From Spirogloea muscicola (lineage: Eukaryota): a stretch of 37,633 nucleotides of DNA. Below are positions 32,101-37,633 of the stretch, in pieces (position 1 is the first letter of the stretch; each line of letters starts with the position of its first letter). The position numbers and the translations under genes were made by a program. The stretch covers positions 1,659,478-1,697,110 of the forward strand of contig WELB01000002.1 of assembly GCA_009602725.1 (NCBI GenBank), read 5' to 3'. The notes below the pieces were generated by a model. The model was not told the origin of the DNA and did no database searches. It saw nothing but the letters and a program-made list of their open reading frames with translations.

Positions 32101-34410
32101 GACGCTCAGATGCGCTCACAGGCCCTTGCTGCTGCCGAGAGGCGATTAGCTGTGCCGCACCCGCATGCAGCCCTTGATGCACTTCCACAACAGATATCCG
32201 CTCATCAAGTTGGATCCAGTCTGCAACCTGGAAGCAGTTTGACAACCACGGTTGGTGAAGGTGCTCCGTTGCATCCGATTGACAGCCTTGTTCCCTCAGT
32301 GTCAGGCAATGGCAAAGCCAGAGACGCAGAGGACCAGCTGCCGAGTAGCACTCCAGGGCGAAGCGCAGCGTTGATGCAGCAGCTGCCTCAGCCCGCTGCA
32401 GCGAGGGGGGCTGATGTAGATGAGGTTCCCAGGTTGCTACCGCGGCAGCCCACAGGAGTGGCCCCTTGTGTACCTGCTCCCAATGGCACACTGTCACTGG
32501 CCAACAACCATGGGCTTGGTGCAGCACGAGTGCATGGTCAAGAAGCTGGGGCGTCAGAGCGGACCAGCTTGCTGAAGATCCGTCTGGAGGATGGATCTGT
32601 CATTTCACAGACCTTTGGTGCAGGTACTGCCCTTATTTGCTCGCAGATTGGCTCTTTGGCCCTTGTCTGACTCTGTGCATATATGCAGGTATTTGTTCCT
32701 TCATTTAGCTGTATTCGAGTTGCTGTTCTCTGGAGGTGAAAGAGGACTCCGCCTTGGCATCAGTGCTAATCACAGGAACTGGAGCAGTCAAGGCACACAT
32801 AGCTTTGCAAGATACCAGCAACCTAGAGCTTGATGTCAAGATAGTCCAAGCTGGTCATTCTGTCTTCGTTTCAAATCGAAATTGGCACTCCTCAACAGGT
32901 ACTACCCTTCAGATGGTTCGGGACTCTGTCACTCCCAGTGTGGGAGATCCTGATACATATGACGTGGTAATGGGCTACTTGCCTGCCAAGCACATGCTGT
33001 GCATCCCTTTGTCTGTGCTGCTTTTGACTTCAGTAGCATGTCCTTGTGCTAATGAAGTACATCCTCGCCGGTTTCCATTGTGCATCTCTGCTGGGTGACA
33101 GGTCGTTCCTTTTCTTGATCCCCACTGGATTAATGGCAATAACTTGGAGTTGACCCTTGATGAAGGCAAGAGATAGTGGAAGCTCAGCCTGGTGCCAAGC
33201 TAATAGTAGCCAGCCTGTACTGTACTGTGCACTTGTTTTGTTTAGCTGCCTCCTTAAGGCACCTCTAGATGGTGCGCCTGGCAAGTCTGGTGCAAGTAAC
33301 CATTACTCAGAAATATGTCTCTCTGTATCTTCCAGGATTCTCAACTTGAGGCTTGTGGGTGTATGTTTGGGGTTCCCGCTTATGTCCTCTTTCATGACTT
33401 GACTCTGATGTGTGATTCATTGCCAGCTGGCCTGGTTCCACAAGGAGCCGTTCATCTGCGACGACAGGCGGATCGCGGCGTTGTCACTCAGGGAAGAAGA
33501 GCCACTTCAAGAAGTAGGATGCAGCGACCTGCACAGCAAGGTCCTGTCGAAGGTGCGCCCATGGGGCACTTATTCTGAGCCTGATCTTTGAGAATAAGCA
33601 TGCATTGACCCCTTTGTATACTTGGTGGTCTTGTCAACCAGGGTCTGTCAAATTGTTTCCACTGACCAAGCAAGGGAGAGGCCTTTAGTGACAGGCCCAC
33701 TAGCTGATTGGGTGCTTATGTGCAGGGGAGAGTGAGATGCAGGCTATGAACTTTGACGCTACCACCTATGAGGAGCTCATGGTGCTGCAGGAACGACTTG
33801 GACGAGGTTCACACCCTGTTGCCGTGTCATCTCACTGGCTGCTCAGCAGCAACCCTCAATTGTCGCCTGTTTGCCACTTGACAGTCTCCAGCTTATGTGC
33901 AAAGCAGGCCCATCTGTGACATCTTGTTGTTCTCAACAAGCTGGCTGGCAGAATGATTTGAAACCCGTCTTGCCATTTGCAGTCACAGTTGGTGTGCCCG
34001 AGACGATGATTTCTGCACTGCCCAGCAGAATCATAGGCTGGCCTATGACCCATGGGACAGCTGACAGGTCAAACGATGTCACAGGAGGATGTCTCGGAAA
34101 GCCATGCCGCAAGTTGCACCAGGAGCTCCTTGCCATCCCTGTCAGGCATGAGCAATCAGGGAGGGTGCACGAGGGGGCACCACCTCAAGACCTGCGGCTT
34201 GGTGAAGAGGAAGTTGGTGCAGGTGGATTGCAGCCTGAGCTCATGGAGCAGCTAGACCGCTGCCTGGTGTGCATTGGCGAGATGGAGGTAGGTGAAGAGG
34301 TCACCACTCTCCCATGTCTGCACTACTACCACAGCAACTGCATATGTCAGTGGCTGCGGCAGAGCACAGTGTGCCCTGTTTGCAAATTCGACCTGCTTGC
34401 CAGCTCTTAG
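29150..34410 (+). CDS. Multidomain UBA-UBX(split)-UBX-YEELL-RING-H2 protein (putative CDC48/p97-associated E3 ligase)
   Basis: UBA: MAEAQALEAMGFPADRCSAALRATATLADAVELLL. Coiled coil: EKEAERARVKRQLQEDAEDRRAR. UBX1: VHLQILGPSGRKLRASFPA|DATLLDVRVFV...FFLVLVPRKEYFT|EEAMTTTLAEAELWPRGSLVV. UBX2: LLKIRLEDGSVISQTFGA|GTTLQMVRDSV..LTLDE|AGLVPQGAVHL. Then TYEELMVLQERLGR|VTVGV and RING-H2 CLVC-x14-CLHYYHSNC-x10-CPVC. About 11 exons with consistent phases; N at 29268. Confidence 0.82.
29524..29595 (+). repeat. 38-bp intronic tandem duplication
   Basis: GAATTGCTGGGAC(A/G)GGACGTGCAGTG(G/A)GACGT starts at 29524 and again at 29562. Confidence 0.85.
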
Positions 34411-36254
34411 ATGGGGGGCATATTGCCAGCTGCTGGACCTCAAGGGCGCCACGCCATGTCTGTGGTATTTGCTGCGTGCATAAGTCACGTCAGCTTGTAT
34501 ATAATCCCAGGTGTTATTGGCAAGTGTAACCACAGTGGGCACTGCAATGCTCGCACCAACAGGCGCAAATGCCAGGGGCGGATGACCTAGAAGTCTTGAT
34601 TGGCCACAGACTTAGGCAAGTCGAGCTGTGCTGCTACTTTCACTAACCGGAGTAAGTCTAAGTGGGTAAGGGGACCTCCAGCACATCCAGGCAGGAGGCT
34701 GTCAAGATGCTGCCAAGTAAGCAGTATCATTTGAGTCTCTCAGGCTAATCTTGCACAACACAAACCAATAACATCACAATACGACTGCAGTCATCATGAC
34801 ATGGCAGATTGCGTGGTATATATTCGTGTTCCATTGAAGTAGCTTACTCCATTGGGCGGTTGCCTTGACGGTACGGGACCTGTATACTGCCTTGTTGTAC
34901 TGCTGGAAGATGGCGAGCAGGGAATGGCAAGTAGTGCAGTGCTCGAGGCACTGAAGCTCGAACAGGCTTCACTGTGGTCGTCGAGGGCGTCACACCTGAC
35001 ATTAAACACCAAGGACAAAAGTGCGCTCTACCAATCACCAAGTATAAAAGTGAGTTCTGCGTCGCCGTTGAATGAATATGACGGCATAATCATGAGAATA
35101 CACGTATTGGGTGACCATTTGATGATTACTGATATTTGATGGAAGTGGGTACTTGGAAACAGTGAGTGGATAGGCTGCTGCTCCTGTCAAGGGTCATCTG
35201 CTAGGTCCAATGGATGAACCTGCAATGTTGTGCCGTATGGCTGTCAACTTCAGTGAAAGCAAGGGGCCATCTCAGCATGTTAAAGACCTTGATATCTGCT
35301 ATTTGAAAACTGGGTTGCTTGACCTGTTACTTGATGAAGTGTTCAATGAGGTTCTATTCAATTCCTGACTTCTTCTGTCATCAGTTGGGCTGGCAGCTTA
35401 CCGACAAGAATGTCTATTTATCAGCTTTGTACTTGTCTTGTGGAGAGGTCTCGGTCTTCGGTAAATCACAGCAGAAGGGAAGTTGTTAAATATAATTCAG
35501 AGCATGCCAGAAACTGGCCCTTAGAATGGCTGCTTCCATCTGCAGATTGCACCGCCAGCTTATATTAGGGGTTGTATGTCGTTCTTCAACAATGAGAGTG
35601 CAACAAGGACCCAAACGCCACGCTCCTTCCTTATTTGCCCTTTTCCTTAATGATAAGCGCACGAACACAGCAAGCTCGTTTGACTCCAGCACAGCTGAAA
35701 CAGTATCGTGGTTACTGTGGCCCAGTCACGTATCAACAACTGCCAACCAGGTCAATGCATTTTGTAGGGCTGCACAATGCTAGCACTCATGTCAGTGGAC
35801 CTTATGGCAGATGGTGCCAATTGCATCTGACCTGTTGCTCGTACTCCAAGGGAATTGGAACACATAAGTCTCGCATACACGATCAAGGGGAATGTAGGAA
35901 GTTTGACGTGCAACTCCTGCCTTCATAACGAGGCAGAATCTCGTGTGGCCTTCACGTTGAGAATACGTTGCAACTCTACCTGGTCTCTGTGTCACTGCAA
36001 CCGGGCTGCTACAGATCATGCCGCTTGTGGAAGTGTCAGGTGGTGCTCGTGCCACATCTGTAATGGTGTTTTGGAACAAGGCCAAGACCTTGTTCCAGAA
36101 AAGAGCGGCTCCCATTACACGACACCTTTTCCTGACCTCAACTGTTCTGCATCACACCAGGCTTACTGGTTCCAAGTGGCTCTTGCTCTTCCATGTACGA
36201 CCTTCTAACTATGGCGCACACGAAACTGGAAGAGTGAAAGAGGAAAAGACTTTC

Positions 36255-37633
36255 ACAATTGGAGGGCAACGGCTGTGATTGGCCAGCCCAGAACGATGAA
36301 TGATAAAAGGGGCCAGAGAAGCGCTAAAGCACACAGCGACTCGAGTGGCCACTGGGTGCTCAGTATTCCCTGTTGAAGCAAGCGCGGCCAGATTAACTGG
36401 TGGCTGGGAGAGGCCAGCCCAAAGGAATGGACAAGGTCTGAAGGAGCCGGAGTGCTGAAGGACTGACCTGTTGAGCAGCCGCAGGTCAGAGAAACTAGTC
36501 TCCAGCTTGCGGGTCCCCCTGTCTTGCTAGTTTTTCTTTATTGCTTCCCCTGGCCCCTTCTCGTCCTTTGTTCATTCTTGTTTGGGCTGGCTTTTCCAGC
36601 CCCTATCCTCAAAGAAAGAAAATGCTCGCCCATAGAGAAGAGAGGCTGGCAAAGCCAGCTGGCAAATCCTCAATGGGCGAGCCCTTCTGTCTTGTCTACA
36701 GATGCAGCGCAGATGCAGCGCATTGTGGCATTGTCACGCGAACCCAGTCTCTCTGACCTGAGGCTGCATAGCAGGGGTTACTGAGTGCTTCGTAGCTGCT
36801 TCGTTTCTTTTTTGTGCTTGTTGTTCTTCGTACTTCCCCTGGCCCCTTCTCGTCCTTGGATCATTCTTTTTGGGCTAGCTTTTTGCAGCCGCTATCCTCA
36901 ATGGGCGAGCCCTTCATCAATGTGGCATAGTCCTCTGCAGCGATACTGAGCAGGCGAGAAGCAAGCGCGGCCAGATTGACTGGTGGCTGAGAGAGGCCAG
37001 CCCAGAGGAATGGACAAGGTCTGAAGGAGCGGGAGTGCCAAAGGCTGAGACAGCAGCAAGCGGACTCTCAGTAACCTCGAGTCAGTAGACCTCTTGCAGC
37101 GGTCCCTAGCTTTCGCGGTCCACTTGCGCAGGCTGCGCTCTGGCGGCGGCCTCCAGCTTCCGTCAGGGCGACGTCTTTCCGCCTGCTAGCTATTCAGATT
37201 TGCAATTACTGACTATCGGTTACTGAAAGTTCGCTTGCTGCTGTCTCAGTCCTTAGAAGCAAGCGCGGCCAGATTAACTGGTGGCTGGGAGAGGCCAGCC
37301 CAAAAGAATGGACAAGGTCCTCAGCACTCCGGCTCCTTCAGACCTTGTCCATTCCTTTGGGCTCCTTCTCGACGTCGTTCTCATCGACGCATTCCAACCA
37401 GGGGCACCCACACCGACTGTGCCAGGTTGGGCGACACATCATGCGGAGAGGAAGAAGGAGAGGCACTACAATGACCACCCCCGGGGCGACTACTTCTTCC
37501 CATGCGCCATGGACATCTACGGCGGCTACGGAACGAAGTGGTCTTCCCTCCTCCATCGCTTGGCACTGCATGTCGATGCCCGCCGACGTAGTCGGGCGGG
37601 TAGCTTGGGGCATTCTAGCGTCCCGCAAGCCAT
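36255..37633. mobile_element. Dense nested cluster of RLE-retroelement 3' ends (both strands), extending to the window end
   Basis: Near-identical GAAGCAAGCGCGGCCAGATT(A/G)ACTGGTGGCTG(G/A)GAGAGGCCAGCCCA..GGACAAGGTC at 36375, 36958 and 37256. ORF tails: EPSLSDLRLHSRGY* (36740-36784, +), QGDVFPPASYSDLQLLTIGY* (37165-37226, +), SFSDLRLLNR (36467-36498, -), AVDVHGAW (37498-37525, -). Duplicated UTR CCCCTGGCCCCTTCTCGTCCTT..CCTCAATGGGCGAGCCCTTC. Confidence 0.85.

Overview
GC-rich, intron-containing eukaryotic nuclear DNA, most likely from a streptophyte green alga (inferred from land-plant-type GME, ARC3, 5S and GCC-rich 5' regions; species not determinable). Five spliced genes can be read: GDP-mannose 3,5-epimerase (minus strand, runs off the window start), the plastid division protein ARC3 (FtsZ-like + MORN), a CYP746-like cytochrome P450, a SART3/Prp24 homologue, and an unusual UBA-UBX-UBX-YEELL-RING-H2 protein. 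A short ORF resembling an uncharacterised bacterial domain ends only 65 nt upstream of the ARC3 ATG. Intergenic spaces are packed with stacked, nested, 5'-truncated 3' ends of RLE-type (CRE-like) non-LTR retrotransposons that share a GGCTG..CAGCC stem-loop and lack poly(A). There is also an orphan 5S rRNA gene with an 11-nt internal deletion and an LTR-like segment. Exon boundaries were assigned by eye and family assignments come from remembered motifs, not database searches.
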